Shown: positions 42,161-53,208, numbered from the stretch's first letter. The stretch: 64,000 nucleotides of DNA from an uncultured delta proteobacterium (GCA_963848295.1 CAWKDB010000010.1:4288001-4352000), one strand, 5' to 3'. Translations and numbers: made by a program. Notes: generated by a model from the letters alone, not told the origin.

Positions 42161-45100
42161 GCGCCGACCTCCTGCGTCGCCGGACCGCGCTGCGGTTCGA
42201 TCGACAGGCGCGCGAGCTCGGCCTCGCGATCGGCGAGCAGCGCGTCGTCGGCGCGAATCGCGACCGCGAGGCCGTAACGCACGAACGCGAACACCAGGCC
42301 GGCGAACGCCGCGCCGGAGTGGACCCGCTCCGCCGCGAGGGCGTAGAGCCGCGCCTGCATCAAGTAGTGCTCGTACACGTGCTCGCGCGCGGCTTTGGGA
42401 TCGACGAGCACGTCGGTCTTGTAGTCGATCACCCATAACGCGTCGTCCCAGCGAACGAGTGCGTCGATGTAGCCGCGCACCAACCCGCGGCCGGGCGCCG
42501 GGAGCGGGTATGCGAACTCGACCTCGCGTGCGATCGCGTCGGCGGCGACGAGCGGAGGCAACCCCGTCCCATCGCTGAGCTCGAACGGCGCGGTCAGCGT
42601 GCGATGAATGAGGCGCGCGGCGTGCGGCAGGTGACGCGAGTCGATCGCGTGCGTTCGAGCCGCGGCGACGAGCTGACTCGCGACGCGCCGGTCCGCGGCC
42701 CAGGCGTCGACGGACAGCGTGCGCGCGAGCTCGAGGTCCGCGACCTCGAGCACCTCGTGCACGAGCTGACCGGAGCTCGCCCCGCGGGGCAGATCGCCCG
42801 GCGGCAGAACGATCGGCTCGACGGCGCGCTCGTCACCGTCGAGCTCGGCACGCTCGAGCTCGAGCTCGGGTACGTGGCTCGCGGCGCGCACGCGCTTCGT
42901 CGACTCCGCGGCGCGCGCGGCGAGGCGCGTGTACGACAGCGTGACGAGCCCGGCCTGGGTCGCGGCGATTGGTGGAAGCTCGACGACGCGCGGCGCGACC
43001 GGCAGCGCGAGGTCGGCGAGTGCATCGGGCGGCGCCGGCGCGGGCTCCGGCCGTTCGGCGATCCGAACCACCTCGAACAGCGCATGACCTCGCGTCGCGA
43101 TCGGTTCGATGCAGCGTTGGATCGGCCCGAAGCCGGCCTTGTCGGCGCCCGCGGTCTTGAACATCGGTACGTAAAGCCGGACCTGCGCGCGCGTCAAAGC
43201 GACGTAGGCGAGGCGTTGATCCTCGTTCGACTTGTCCGCTTCGAGCCGGGTCTCGATCGCCGCGGGCTGATCGCCGACGACGAGCTCGCGCCGTTGCGCC
43301 TCGCGCAGGACGCGCGCCGGTCGCTTCTTGCCGACCCATTGCCCGCCGAACAAGAACACGTACGGTGCCTCGAGGCCCTTCGCCTTGTGGATCGTCAGCA
43401 CGCGGATCGCGTCGGCGTCGGTGTCGGCACGCTGAACATCGCGATCGTCCGGCTGGTCCTCGCTGTCCGCGATCCACATGCGCAAGCGGGTGACGAGCTC
43501 GTGCAGGTCACACCGCGAGCGCGCGACCTCCTCGAGCAGCAGCTCGAGCACGTGCCACGTGTTCGTGACCGCGCGCTCCCCGCCGCCGAGGACGAGCGCG
43601 CGCTCGACGAACCGACTGTCCTCGACGAGCCGGCGGAACAACGCCTCGTACGCGCGCCGGGCGGCGAGCTGTGACCACTCGTGCAGCCGGGCGATCGCGG
43701 GATGATAGTCCGGCGCGTCGACCGTGCGCGCGATCTCCGTCCACGGCACGTCGAAGAATCGCGTGCGCAGCGCGCGCAGCCGCGCCGATCGATCGCGTGG
43801 CGCCGCGATCGCCGCGAGCACCGACGCGAGCTCCTCGGTCTCGCGCGTCTGGAATAGCCGCTCGCTCTCGACGATCGCGCACGGCAAGCCGCGCGCGCGC
43901 AACGCCTTCGTGATCTGCATCGCCTCCTTGTTCGATCGGGTCAGCACCATCACCTGGCCGAGCGCGAAGGCCGGCGCGCGCCCGCGGCTCGACCAGGTCG
44001 GCGGATGCGCGCGCAGCTCGGCGATCTCGTCGCCGATCGCCGCGGCGAGCGCCTCGCGGGCCTGCTCGGCCTTCATCGGCGCGACCGCGAGCACGGTGAT
44101 CGGCGGATGCGGATCATCGGCGGTGACATCGCCGCTCGCCTCGACCGGCTCGTCGTACTCGATCTCGCCATCGAGCAGCGGCATGCCGAGGTTGCCGACG
44201 AGCACGTGGTTGACCGCGGCGACCAAGGGCGCGGTCGATCGGCGATTGACCGCGAGCGCGACGCGTTGCGCGCCGGCGGCGAGCAGCTGTTCGCGCGCGT
44301 CGAGATAGGTCGCGACATCGGCACCGCGGAAGCTATAGATCGCCTGCTTCGGGTCGCCGACGATCGTCAACCCGCGCGCCGCCTCGTCCATCCAGACTCG
44401 ACGGAAGATCTCCCACTGGGTCGGGTCGGTGTCCTGAAACTCGTCGATCATCACCCACGGCATCCGCGTGCGCAGTCGCGCCGCGAGCGCGGGGCCGCGA
44501 TCGCCGGCGAGGGTCTCTCGGACAAGCCCGAGCATGTCGTCGTAGTCGAACTGACCGCGCTCGGCTTTGTCGCGCGCGATGCGATCGACGATCGGCGGCA
44601 ACATCGCAGCCGCGACGATCTCCTTGATCTGCATCGCACCGGCCGCGGCATCGAGCGCGCCGACCACGATCGGCGGCAAGCGCTCGCGGGCGCCCGCCAG
44701 CCACTTGAATGGATCGGCGAGCGCCTGTAGCGCGGACAGGTCGTCGCCGATGTCGCCGGACGCGAGCGCGAGCGCGCGATCGATCTCGGCGAGGTGCTGC
44801 GGGAGCGACTTGTGCGTGGGTAGCTTCGCTCGCAGCTCCTTGCGCGTCGCCTCGCCGAACGCCGCGCGCACGGTCGCGACCACGCGCCCCGGCTCCTCGG
44901 GATCGAACGCTCGGCGCAGCTCGCCGTGGGTGCGCACGCAAGCGAGCAGCAGGTCGCGCAGGTCCTTGATCGTCTTGTTGCTGCGGCGAAACGCCTGGAT
45001 CAGCTCGCGCTCCGGCGAGACCCGCGCGAACCTCTCGCGCAGCAGCGCGTCGAACGCCGTATCGAACGCGACCTCGTCGGCGACCTGGACTTGGTCGAAC

Positions 45101-45492
45101 AAGCGCCGCGCTGCGAACGCGTCTTCGACCAGCACGCGGTGGCAGAACCCGTGGATCGTGAAGATCGGCGCGTGATCGAACGCGGTCACCGCCGCGCGCA
45201 GCCGAGCCCGCGCCGCATCGTCGATCGTCCAGGCGCTCGCTTCGTCGGTCGAACCGGTCGCGCGCGACAGCCGATCGAGCAGGTCGCGGACGCGCAGCCT
45301 GAGCTCGGCGACCGCCTTGTCGGTGAACGTGACGAGCAAGATCTGGCCGAGCTCCGCGCCGGCGCCGAGGATCAGGTCGACCACGCGATGTTCGAGAAAG
45401 AACGTCTTGCCGGTACCGGCCGACGCTTCGACCACGACGAACCGCGCCGCCGGATCGGGCAACATCGCCGGCCGAGCGACGCGCACGGTCAC
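42157..45492 (-). CDS. recB: Exodeoxyribonuclease V beta subunit
   Basis: EASAGTGKT, TIHGFC, DEFQDTD, GDPKQAIYSFRGAD, TIHKAKGLE and YVALTRA motifs; nuclease motif GYIDAL...IDYKT. Confidence 0.93.
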   Translation of the reverse strand: MTVRVARPAMLPDPAARFVVVEASAGTGKTFFLEHRVVDLILGAGAELGQILLVTFTDKAVAELRLRVRDLLDRLSRATGSTDEASAWTIDDAARARLRAAVTAFDHAPIFTIHGFCHRVLVEDAFAARRLFDQVQVADEVAFDTAFDALLRERFARVSPERELIQAFRRSNKTIKDLRDLLLACVRTHGELRRAFDPEEPGRVVATVRAAFGEATRKELRAKLPTHKSLPQHLAEIDRALALASGDIGDDLSALQALADPFKWLAGARERLPPIVVGALDAAAGAMQIKEIVAAAMLPPIVDRIARDKAERGQFDYDDMLGLVRETLAGDRGPALAARLRTRMPWVMIDEFQDTDPTQWEIFRRVWMDEAARGLTIVGDPKQAIYSFRGADVATYLDAREQLLAAGAQRVALAVNRRSTAPLVAAVNHVLVGNLGMPLLDGEIEYDEPVEASGDVTADDPHPPITVLAVAPMKAEQAREALAAAIGDEIAELRAHPPTWSSRGRAPAFALGQVMVLTRSNKEAMQITKALRARGLPCAIVESERLFQTRETEELASVLAAIAAPRDRSARLRALRTRFFDVPWTEIARTVDAPDYHPAIARLHEWSQLAARRAYEALFRRLVEDSRFVERALVLGGGERAVTNTWHVLELLLEEVARSRCDLHELVTRLRMWIADSEDQPDDRDVQRADTDADAIRVLTIHKAKGLEAPYVFLFGGQWVGKKRPARVLREAQRRELVVGDQPAAIETRLEADKSNEDQRLAYVALTRAQVRLYVPMFKTAGADKAGFGPIQRCIEPIATRGHALFEVVRIAERPEPAPAPPDALADLALPVAPRVVELPPIAATQAGLVTLSYTRLAARAAESTKRVRAASHVPELELERAELDGDERAVEPIVLPPGDLPRGASSGQLVHEVLEVADLELARTLSVDAWAADRRVASQLVAAARTHAIDSRHLPHAARLIHRTLTAPFELSDGTGLPPLVAADAIAREVEFAYPLPAPGRGLVRGYIDALVRWDDALWVIDYKTDVLVDPKAAREHVYEHYLMQARLYALAAERVHSGAAFAGLVFAFVRYGLAVAIRADDALLADREAELARLSIEPQRGPATQEVGA

Positions 45493-48400
45493 GACTTCTT
45501 CTCCCGCGCGGTCTCGACCATCGCCGGGAACCGCGCGCTGAGCGGTCCGAGCCGGCGCAGCGCGATCGCGAGGGCATCGCCTGGAACGTCGAGCCCGTGC
45601 GCGCTCTCGATCGGGCCGAAGCCGTGCGCGCGTTCGATCTTGATCGCCGCGTCCTTACCGCTCGCCAGGCGCGCGAGCGTCTCGTAGGGCAGGAGGTAGC
45701 CGTGCGATTCGTCGAATAGCTCGGTCGCGATCGCGGCGAGATAGGCGCGCGCGTCGGCTTCGGTCCACCGCGCGTGCTCGCCCGTTCGAGCGTTGCCCTC
45801 CCCCGCGACCAACGTGTGCGCGTGGCCCGCCGGCGCGAGCCCGGCCGCGGCGAGCAACACGTGGTCGAGCGCACCGCGCAGGTGATACCTCGACCGCGCG
45901 TCGACCTTGCCGAGCAGCGCGATCAGCGAGCGATGGCCGCTCGGGGTCACCTCGAGCAGCTCGGTCTCGCCGACAATCCGGACCGTCCGGCCGCCGGACA
46001 GCTCGATCTCGACGGCGGGACGCAGGATCGATTCGCGCGAGCGCGCGCGGCCGAACGCGTAGCGCGTGACCGCGCCTACCGACGCGAGGTCCTCGCGCCA
46101 GCGATGCAACAGCTCGAGATCGACCGCGCGTTGCGCGCTGCCGAACACGCCGACCGGAAACTGGCCGCGCAGCAGCCACGCGCCGACAATCGCGTCGTAG
46201 CACGCCGTCGGGTCGCGCCCCGGCGTGCGCAACGAGGCCTCGAGCGCCTCGCGCAGCACCGTCGCGCGTACGTTGTTCGCGAGGTCGAACGGCTCGTCGC
46301 TGCGCGTCAGCGTCTCGTCGTCGGGTAGATCGTCGAGTCCGAGCTGCGACCGAGCCCACGCTTGCACCGGTGACTCGAAGAACGCCCGGAGCTGCGAGAC
46401 CGAGAGCGTGCGGACCCCAGCGCCCGGGTCGGTCGCGGCCGGCGCCTCGCTGATCGCGAGCGCGGAGCGGAGCTCGCCGAGCGCGGAATGCGCGAGCAGG
46501 CTGAACATGTCGTCTTCATCGGGGACCGGCTGATCGTGGCCGCGCAGGTGATCGCGGATCCGATCGCGTACGTCGGCGGCCCACCGCTCGCGCGCGATCG
46601 CAGGTGGGAGATCGCCCGAGCCGTGAAAGCGCTGCAGCGGCTCGTGCCGCGAGATGCGCTCGAGCGCGTCGCGGCTCGACGTGGCCCCGAGATAGGGCGC
46701 GAGCGCGTCGGCGAGCTCGAGCACGACCGATGACGGCCCGAGCGTCTGGCCGCTCTTGGCCTCGACCGCGGTGTACGACAGAAACAGAGCATCGCGCGCG
46801 CCGAGCAGCACTTCGAGAAAGCCGTGGCGGTCGCGGTCGCGCGGCGAGATGTCGCCGGCGCGCACCGCGCGGACATCGAGCGGGCTCGGTTGCTCGCCGG
46901 CCGGGAACGCTCCCTCGTCGAGCCCGACGATGAACGCGACCCGCGCGGGAATCGCTCGCATCGCGGCGAGCGGTGCGAGCATGACGCCGTGGGCGAGCGG
47001 CTCGCCTCGACCGGCGCGCGCAGACGTGAGCTGGCGCGTCGCGTGCTCGCGCGCTTCGCGAAACCCGACGCGGCGGCCGTCGAGGTCGAGTCGTGCGAGC
47101 CCGGCGAGCATCGCGCGCACGCGCTCGAGGTCGCGCTTGCCATCGTCGTCGCGGGTCGCGAGGTAACTGCCCACGAGCGCGACGAGCACGTCGGCCCACC
47201 GCGCGAGTGGCGCCTCGAACGTCGCGAGCCACGCCGCATCGGCGCACAGCGACCGCACGACGAGCGCGTAGCTCGCCGCGCTCGCCTGCTGATCGGGCCC
47301 CACCTCCTCGGGTGCGACCTCGAGCTGAGCGATCCGCGCGGGCCCGCGTTCGCCGCGCTCGCCGACCATGAACGCGCCGAGCGCCAATCGCCGCACCGCT
47401 TGGTCCCAGTGAAAGAACCGGTCGTGGTCCTCGAGATAGGTGCCGCGGCGTGACTCGCGGTCCGTGCCATGCGCGACGCCGAGCCGATCGGTCCACTGCA
47501 ACCACTCGTCGGGCTCGACGTGCGGAAACGCCGCGAGCACCGCCGGGTGCGTCATGACGCGCAGCAGATCGCGGCGCGTCATCGCCGACGTCGGCAGCTC
47601 GAGCAGCGCGAGCACGGCTTCGCCGATCCGGCCGCGGTCGTCGATCGGCGCGTCGATCAGGTGACACGGCACGCCGACCGCTTCGAACGCGGCCGGCGCC
47701 TGGGCGAGATAGCGTTCGGGATTCGAGGCGATCCACACCGCGACGTCGTTCGCGGCGAGCTCCGGGTCGGCGTCGAGGCGCGTGCGAATCTCGGCCGCGA
47801 CGAGCTCGAGCTCGCGCCGCGGGTTCGGACACGCGAGCACGGTCACGCCCGGATCGATCACCGCGTCGTGATCGACTGCGAGCTCGCGGCCCGCAGACCC
47901 CGTTCGATCGCGCGCATCGGCGAGCAAGCGGGCGAGCGCGGTCGTGCCGGCGGTCGTCGAGAACCGGCCCTCGAGGTCGCCGTCGCTGCGCTCGACGAGT
48001 GCACCGATCGTGTCGCGTGCGGCGCGGCCCCACAGCGCGAGCGGCAACGGATCGCCAGCGCCCGTCGCGTTCGCGACCGTGCCTCGCCCGGCGACGTCGT
48101 CCCACAGCTCGGCGCAGGGATCGAGCATGTACACCGTGACGTCGCTGGTCGCCGCGAGATCGGTGAGCGCTTCGAGCTGCGAGCGCACGAGAAACGACAC
48201 CCCGAACACCGACACCGGCACCGCCGCCCGCGCGGGTGCGAGCCGAGCTTCGCGCCGCTTCGCCGGGAGCATCGGCACCGGCACGGCGCCGTCGAGCCGT
48301 GCGAACACGTTCGCAGCGAGCGCGACTTGCCAGCGCGCGGTCGGGTCGGCGGCGAGCTCGCTCGGCACGCGACCGGCGACGAAGCCCGCCATCCAATCGG

Positions 48401-48818
48401 ACCGCGTCGACGCGTACTGCCACAGCATGTCGGAGATCCGATCCGCGAGCTGAACGCGTCGCGGGCCGGCGCGGTCGCCTGGCGCGGGTGCGGCCGCGAG
48501 ATACGAGGCGACCGCGGGCAGCTCGCGCATCGCGCGGTCGTCGGCGAGCACCGAGGCGATCACGGCGGCGAGCTGGCGCCGGTCGATCGAAACGATGCCG
48601 CCGCCCCACGTCGTCTCGATGAAGCGATCGAAGGTCACGAGCTCGAGCCCGCTCGCGATGCCGCGAGCCCGCGCGATCTCGCGCATCAGCCAGCGCGCCA
48701 CGAGGTGACTTCCGACGACGATCGTCGATGGGGCGAACGGATTCGCGGCCGGCAGCGCTTCGAGCAACGCCTCGAGCAAGGCCTCGGCTCGGTCCGCGTG
48801 GACCACGCGCAGCGGCAT
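45489..48818 (-). CDS. recC: Exodeoxyribonuclease V gamma subunit
   Basis: PLALWG..RD, C.NPRRELE, RRLALG, MRAIPARV..IVGLDEG.FP and DRHGFLEVLL.AR..L.LSY motifs; directly upstream of recB. Confidence 0.9.
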   Translation of the reverse strand: MPLRVVHADRAEALLEALLEALPAANPFAPSTIVVGSHLVARWLMREIARARGIASGLELVTFDRFIETTWGGGIVSIDRRQLAAVIASVLADDRAMRELPAVASYLAAAPAPGDRAGPRRVQLADRISDMLWQYASTRSDWMAGFVAGRVPSELAADPTARWQVALAANVFARLDGAVPVPMLPAKRREARLAPARAAVPVSVFGVSFLVRSQLEALTDLAATSDVTVYMLDPCAELWDDVAGRGTVANATGAGDPLPLALWGRAARDTIGALVERSDGDLEGRFSTTAGTTALARLLADARDRTGSAGRELAVDHDAVIDPGVTVLACPNPRRELELVAAEIRTRLDADPELAANDVAVWIASNPERYLAQAPAAFEAVGVPCHLIDAPIDDRGRIGEAVLALLELPTSAMTRRDLLRVMTHPAVLAAFPHVEPDEWLQWTDRLGVAHGTDRESRRGTYLEDHDRFFHWDQAVRRLALGAFMVGERGERGPARIAQLEVAPEEVGPDQQASAASYALVVRSLCADAAWLATFEAPLARWADVLVALVGSYLATRDDDGKRDLERVRAMLAGLARLDLDGRRVGFREAREHATRQLTSARAGRGEPLAHGVMLAPLAAMRAIPARVAFIVGLDEGAFPAGEQPSPLDVRAVRAGDISPRDRDRHGFLEVLLGARDALFLSYTAVEAKSGQTLGPSSVVLELADALAPYLGATSSRDALERISRHEPLQRFHGSGDLPPAIARERWAADVRDRIRDHLRGHDQPVPDEDDMFSLLAHSALGELRSALAISEAPAATDPGAGVRTLSVSQLRAFFESPVQAWARSQLGLDDLPDDETLTRSDEPFDLANNVRATVLREALEASLRTPGRDPTACYDAIVGAWLLRGQFPVGVFGSAQRAVDLELLHRWREDLASVGAVTRYAFGRARSRESILRPAVEIELSGGRTVRIVGETELLEVTPSGHRSLIALLGKVDARSRYHLRGALDHVLLAAAGLAPAGHAHTLVAGEGNARTGEHARWTEADARAYLAAIATELFDESHGYLLPYETLARLASGKDAAIKIERAHGFGPIESAHGLDVPGDALAIALRRLGPLSARFPAMVETAREKKS

Positions 48819-48821
48819 TGG

Positions 48822-49763
48822 CTACGGACTCCGCGGCGCGACGATCGACAGCGCGCTCGGCAACAGCTCGAACCGCGCCGGCAAGCGGCCGAGACACTCG
48901 CCGTCGACGTCGAGCTCGACCGTCGCACTCGGTTCGATCGGCTCGGCGTCGACTACTCGCGCGCGCCGCACCGACACCTTGTCCATCGCGAGGTGCGTGC
49001 CTTTGTAGAGCCTGCGTCCGCTCTTCACGAGATCGCCGAACGTGAAGTCGCCGAGCGCGACGACATCGAATACGCCGTCGTCGAGCTCCGCGTCGGGCGC
49101 CACCATCATCGCGCCGCCGAAGAACCGGCCGTTCGCGACGGCGACCGTGTTGATCGTGAGCTCGACCCGGTCTTTGCCGTCGAGCACGAGCTGGACGCGC
49201 TGGTTCTTGTACGACCACGTCGCGCGCGCGGTCGCGAGCGCGAACGACAGCCGGCCGAGTCGCTTCCCGGATTCGTTGACGAGCCGATCGACGACACCGG
49301 ACACGCCGAACGACGCGATGTTCGCGAACATGCGCAGCGCCGGGCCGCCGTCGCGTCGCGTATAGGCGAGCTTGCCGATGTCGATCCGGCGACGATGATC
49401 CGCCGCGATCACCGCTGCGGCCTCGGCGAGCTCGGTCGGCAGGTGCAGCGAGCGCCGGAAGTCTCCTCCGGTACCAAACGGGATCAACCCGAACGCGGCC
49501 TCCGGCGCGATCGGCTCGCCGCCATCGAAGAAGCCGTTGACGACCTCGTTGACCGTGCCATCACCGCCGATCGCGATGATCCGCTCGGCGCCCGAGCGCA
49601 GCGCCTCGCTCGCGAGGTCGGTCGCGTGGCCCGCGCGCGCCGTCATCGCCTCGTCGAACGGAAACGCGCGCGCGAGCGTGTCGGAGATCTCCGCCCAGCG
49701 CTTGCCGAGCCGGCCGCCCTGCGACTGCGGGTTGACGATGACGACCGTGCGCGGCGCGACCAT
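48822..49763 (-). CDS. Diacylglycerol/lipid kinase family protein (YegS/BmrU-like)
   Basis: IVNPQS, GGDGTVNEVVNG, GTGGDF, NGRFFGG and DVDGE motifs. Confidence 0.9.
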   Translation of the reverse strand: MVAPRTVVIVNPQSQGGRLGKRWAEISDTLARAFPFDEAMTARAGHATDLASEALRSGAERIIAIGGDGTVNEVVNGFFDGGEPIAPEAAFGLIPFGTGGDFRRSLHLPTELAEAAAVIAADHRRRIDIGKLAYTRRDGGPALRMFANIASFGVSGVVDRLVNESGKRLGRLSFALATARATWSYKNQRVQLVLDGKDRVELTINTVAVANGRFFGGAMMVAPDAELDDGVFDVVALGDFTFGDLVKSGRRLYKGTHLAMDKVSVRRARVVDAEPIEPSATVELDVDGECLGRLPARFELLPSALSIVAPRSP

Positions 49764-49872
49764 GCCGGCGAACTATACCTGGCGGGTCCGATCCCGACCG
49801 CAAGACCGTTGCGATCTCCCGCACTTGACTGGGGACGGAGTAACCTTTGACACCTTACGGCCGCTGGCGACC

Positions 49873-50928
49873 CTATCCGGGACCCTCGTGCATCGCGCGC
49901 TCGATCTTGGTCTTGAGCTCGACGTAGCGGCGCAAGAAGTCATAGTGGCGCTCGCGGAAAGCCTGGGCATAGCGACGTTCTCGCGCTTTTGCGCGCCATG
50001 CTTCGGCGAGCGCGTCGAGCTGACCGAGCAGCTGGCTCACATCGCGAAACGGCTTGATGATCGTGCGATGGCCGTGGGTCTCGACGAGATCGACGTGGCC
50101 GTTATCGGCCGGACCGAGGAACGTCAGCACGACGGTGTCGGGATACTGGTTTCGGATCGTGCGCGCGATCGTCTGCGCCGGCAGGTCGGTGACGTCTTCG
50201 GCGACCATCGCGTAGTGAAACGGGCTGCCGCCGATCCGATCGAGACCTTCGCCCCCGGACGTCGCGTGAATGAACTCGAAGCCCTCGGGCTTGCCGATCG
50301 CTTCGACGAGCTCGTCGACCTCGTCGACGACGAGCACGCGGACGTCGTCCATCTGCACCGTGCGGGACACGTCGCGGCCGGCGACCTGATCGGCGAGGTC
50401 GACCGCGCGGCGCTCGGCCTCCATGAAGTGCTTGAGAAACTCGTCGTGCACGCCGCGGATATCGTCGAGCACGGTGTCGACCTCGCGCTTGCCGACCGAG
50501 CGACCGGCGGCTTCGAGCACGCGGTCCTTGAGATACGCGACCGAGTCTGGCGACTTGAGGATCAGGTCGATCGCGCCGGCGCGCACGGCATCGACCGCGT
50601 CTTCCCACGAGCGCCGCGGTGTCATCGCGACGACCATCGAGGTCGGCGACGCGCGCTTGATCGAGCTGATCGTGGCGATGCCGGCGCGCGGTGACGGCGT
50701 GTCGATGTCGATGAGCGCGACCGAAAAGAATTGGCGGTCGACGAGGTGAAGCGCGCGCTCGGCGTCGGTCACGCAGGTCACGTGCAGGCTCGCCTCGGAC
50801 AACAGCTGCTCGATCCCGGAATGCACGCGCTGATCGCCGTCGAGCACGAGCACCTCGACACCGATCAGCGAGCTGTGCGCTCCCGACGTCTGGCTTCGAA
50901 ATCCGCCGCTGCTGGTTTCCGTCGTCAT
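49873..50928 (-). CDS. Response-regulator-like protein with two receiver(-like) domains
   Basis: VLVLD...ALIDIDTP...AGAIDLILK; second degenerate VLVVDE...IIKPF; no DNA-binding domain evident. Confidence 0.78.
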   Translation of the reverse strand: MTTETSSGGFRSQTSGAHSSLIGVEVLVLDGDQRVHSGIEQLLSEASLHVTCVTDAERALHLVDRQFFSVALIDIDTPSPRAGIATISSIKRASPTSMVVAMTPRRSWEDAVDAVRAGAIDLILKSPDSVAYLKDRVLEAAGRSVGKREVDTVLDDIRGVHDEFLKHFMEAERRAVDLADQVAGRDVSRTVQMDDVRVLVVDEVDELVEAIGKPEGFEFIHATSGGEGLDRIGGSPFHYAMVAEDVTDLPAQTIARTIRNQYPDTVVLTFLGPADNGHVDLVETHGHRTIIKPFRDVSQLLGQLDALAEAWRAKARERRYAQAFRERHYDFLRRYVELKTKIERAMHEGPG

Positions 50929-50931
50929 GGG

Positions 50932-51951
50932 TTACCGGTAGGTGAACGCTCGCACGAAATCGACCGCGGCGCCGGGATGAGGCGAGAACACCCAGCTGCC
51001 GACTGCGGCGGCGAGGCACACGGCGAGCTCGCTCGACCCGGTCGTGTTTTCCGCCGCCGTCGCCTTGCCGACGGTGCCGTTCGGGTTGATCGAGAATGCG
51101 ATGCGCACCGTACCGTCGACCACACCGGCGTTGTGATGACAGCGCGCGAACGCGGCCTTCGAGCGCGCGGCTTGGAGATCGACGGCGGCGGCGAGGGCCG
51201 CATCGGGCGCATATGGATCGACCGGCTCGGCAGTCTGCTTCGGGGCCGCGCGAGCCGCGGTCTTGGCGGGCGCGGCAGCGGACAGCTTCTCGTCGCCTGG
51301 CTTCACCGGCGGTTTCGCGGAGGGCGCGGGCGCTTTCGCGACGGCCGCCGTGACAGGCGGGAGGTCGGCGACCGCGTTCGTCGTCGGCGGTGCTGCCGGC
51401 GGGTCGGCGGCGGCGGCTTTTGGCGCCGGCGGCGGCAGCGGCTCGACCGCTGGCTTTGGCGCCGGCGGTGGCAACGGCGTGACGCTCGGAGCCTGCGCGC
51501 CATCGCTCGAATCATCGAGCCCGCGCGCGAGCAGCACGCCACCGGTAGTCGCGAGCGCGAGGTCGACGATCAGCAGGACGACGATCCCACCCCAGTTGCG
51601 GCGCGGCGCCGGCATCGAGATCGACGCATCGGCCAGCGTGTCCGGCGGGGCGATGGGGCCCGACGGTCGCGGCGTGCCCGCGGCCGGCAACGAAGGGCGC
51701 TGCGGATCGATCGATGGTCGGGCCGGCACGTACGCGATCGGCGGTCCAGCTGGCTGCGAAGTCGGACTCGGCGCCGCATAACTCGGTGCGTAACCCGGCG
51801 CAGCGCTCTGCGGAACCTCTGGATAGCGCGCCTCGTTAGACAGGTTGTGGGTCGGCGCGAGTCGGTTGTCCGGGGGCGCGAACCGAGCGCCACACCCACC
51901 GCAGAACCGCGAATCCGGCGTGTTGTCGGTACCGCAGCTCGGGCAGAGCAT
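50932..51951 (-). CDS. Zinc-ribbon / TM / AgmX-PglI C-terminal domain protein
   Basis: MLCPSCG...FCGGCG; Pro-rich linkers; TM helix; GTVRIAFSINPNG.V...CL....SWVF. Confidence 0.82.
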   Translation of the reverse strand: MLCPSCGTDNTPDSRFCGGCGARFAPPDNRLAPTHNLSNEARYPEVPQSAAPGYAPSYAAPSPTSQPAGPPIAYVPARPSIDPQRPSLPAAGTPRPSGPIAPPDTLADASISMPAPRRNWGGIVVLLIVDLALATTGGVLLARGLDDSSDGAQAPSVTPLPPPAPKPAVEPLPPPAPKAAAADPPAAPPTTNAVADLPPVTAAVAKAPAPSAKPPVKPGDEKLSAAAPAKTAARAAPKQTAEPVDPYAPDAALAAAVDLQAARSKAAFARCHHNAGVVDGTVRIAFSINPNGTVGKATAAENTTGSSELAVCLAAAVGSWVFSPHPGAAVDFVRAFTYR

Positions 51952-52044
51952 CCCGAGCGCAAGCGTAACCCACGAGGCTTTCCGGCGCCTCATCTCGCCG
52001 CCGGATCCCGCTCTTCCGCTGTGTTACCCTAGAGGTACGGTGGC

Positions 52045-53208
52045 ATGAGTCAGGTCCTCGATCGCGTCCTTACTGCCGCCCGCCAATTAGGGGCGTCAGA
52101 CGTACACCTGAAGGCAGGCCTACCTCCGATGTTTCGCATCAAGGGTGAGCTGCGCACCGTGCGCGACGTGCCTGCGTTGACCCGCGAGGTCATCGCGCAG
52201 TTCGCGGTCCACATGATGAACGATCGCCAGCGCGCCGAGTTCGAGACCAACCTCGACATCGACCTCGCGTACGGCACGCCCGACGGTGTCCGCTACCGCG
52301 TCAACATGTTCCAGCAGCGCGGCTCCGTCGGCATGGTGATGCGGTTGATCCCGCCCGAAGTACCGCCGTTCGATCGGCTGAACCTGCCGCAAGCGGTGCT
52401 CGATCTCGCGAACAACGCGCGCGGGATCGTGCTCGTCACCGGCGCGACCGGGTCGGGCAAGTCGACGACGCTCGCCGCGATGATCGATTACGTCAACACC
52501 CAGCAGGCGTGTCACATCGTGACGATCGAAGATCCGATCGAGTACACGTTCCGCGACAAGCGCTCGGTCATCAACCAGCGCGAGGTCGGGTTCGATACGA
52601 TGTCGTTCTCGCGCGCGTTGCGCGCCGCGCTTCGCCAGGATCCGGACGTCGTGCTCGTCGGCGAGATGCGCGACTTCGAGACCGCGCAGATCGCGATGAC
52701 CGCGGCGGAGACCGGCCACCTCGTGTTGTCGACGCTGCACACCGTCGACGCGACCGAGACGGTGAGCCGCATCATCTCGATGTTCCCGACCCACCAGCAG
52801 CAGCAAGCGCGGCTCACGCTCGCTGCGGTGATCAAAGGGGTAATCTCGCAGCGCCTGTTGCCGCGCGCCGATGGCAAAGGCATGGTGCCGGCGCTCGAGA
52901 TCATGGTGAACACCGAGCGGGTGCGCGAGATGATCGAAGATCCGAATCGCACCCGCGAGATCAAGACCGCGATCGCCGAAGGTCTGCACCCGTACGGGAT
53001 GATCTCGTTCGACCAGAGCCTGGCCGCGCTAGTCAAGCAGCGTCACGTCACTTACGAGGAAGCGGTCAAGCATTCGAGCAGCCCGGCCGACTTCGCATTG
53101 TTGTTTCGCGGCGTCTCGGCCGGCGCAGCAGCATGGCAGGGAGCAGCGACACCGCCCAGCAAGGGAGCGAGCAATGACGAGTTCGAGATCGAAAACTTCG
53201 ATAAGTAA
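52045..53208 (+). CDS. pilT: PilT/PilU-family type IV pilus retraction ATPase (paralogue)
   Basis: ASDVHL, GATGSGKSTT, TIEDPIE, LRQDPDV..VGEMRD and ETGHLVLSTLHT motifs; AIRNLIRE region reads RVREMIED. Confidence 0.88.
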   Translation: MSQVLDRVLTAARQLGASDVHLKAGLPPMFRIKGELRTVRDVPALTREVIAQFAVHMMNDRQRAEFETNLDIDLAYGTPDGVRYRVNMFQQRGSVGMVMRLIPPEVPPFDRLNLPQAVLDLANNARGIVLVTGATGSGKSTTLAAMIDYVNTQQACHIVTIEDPIEYTFRDKRSVINQREVGFDTMSFSRALRAALRQDPDVVLVGEMRDFETAQIAMTAAETGHLVLSTLHTVDATETVSRIISMFPTHQQQQARLTLAAVIKGVISQRLLPRADGKGMVPALEIMVNTERVREMIEDPNRTREIKTAIAEGLHPYGMISFDQSLAALVKQRHVTYEEAVKHSSSPADFALLFRGVSAGAAAWQGAATPPSKGASNDEFEIENFDK

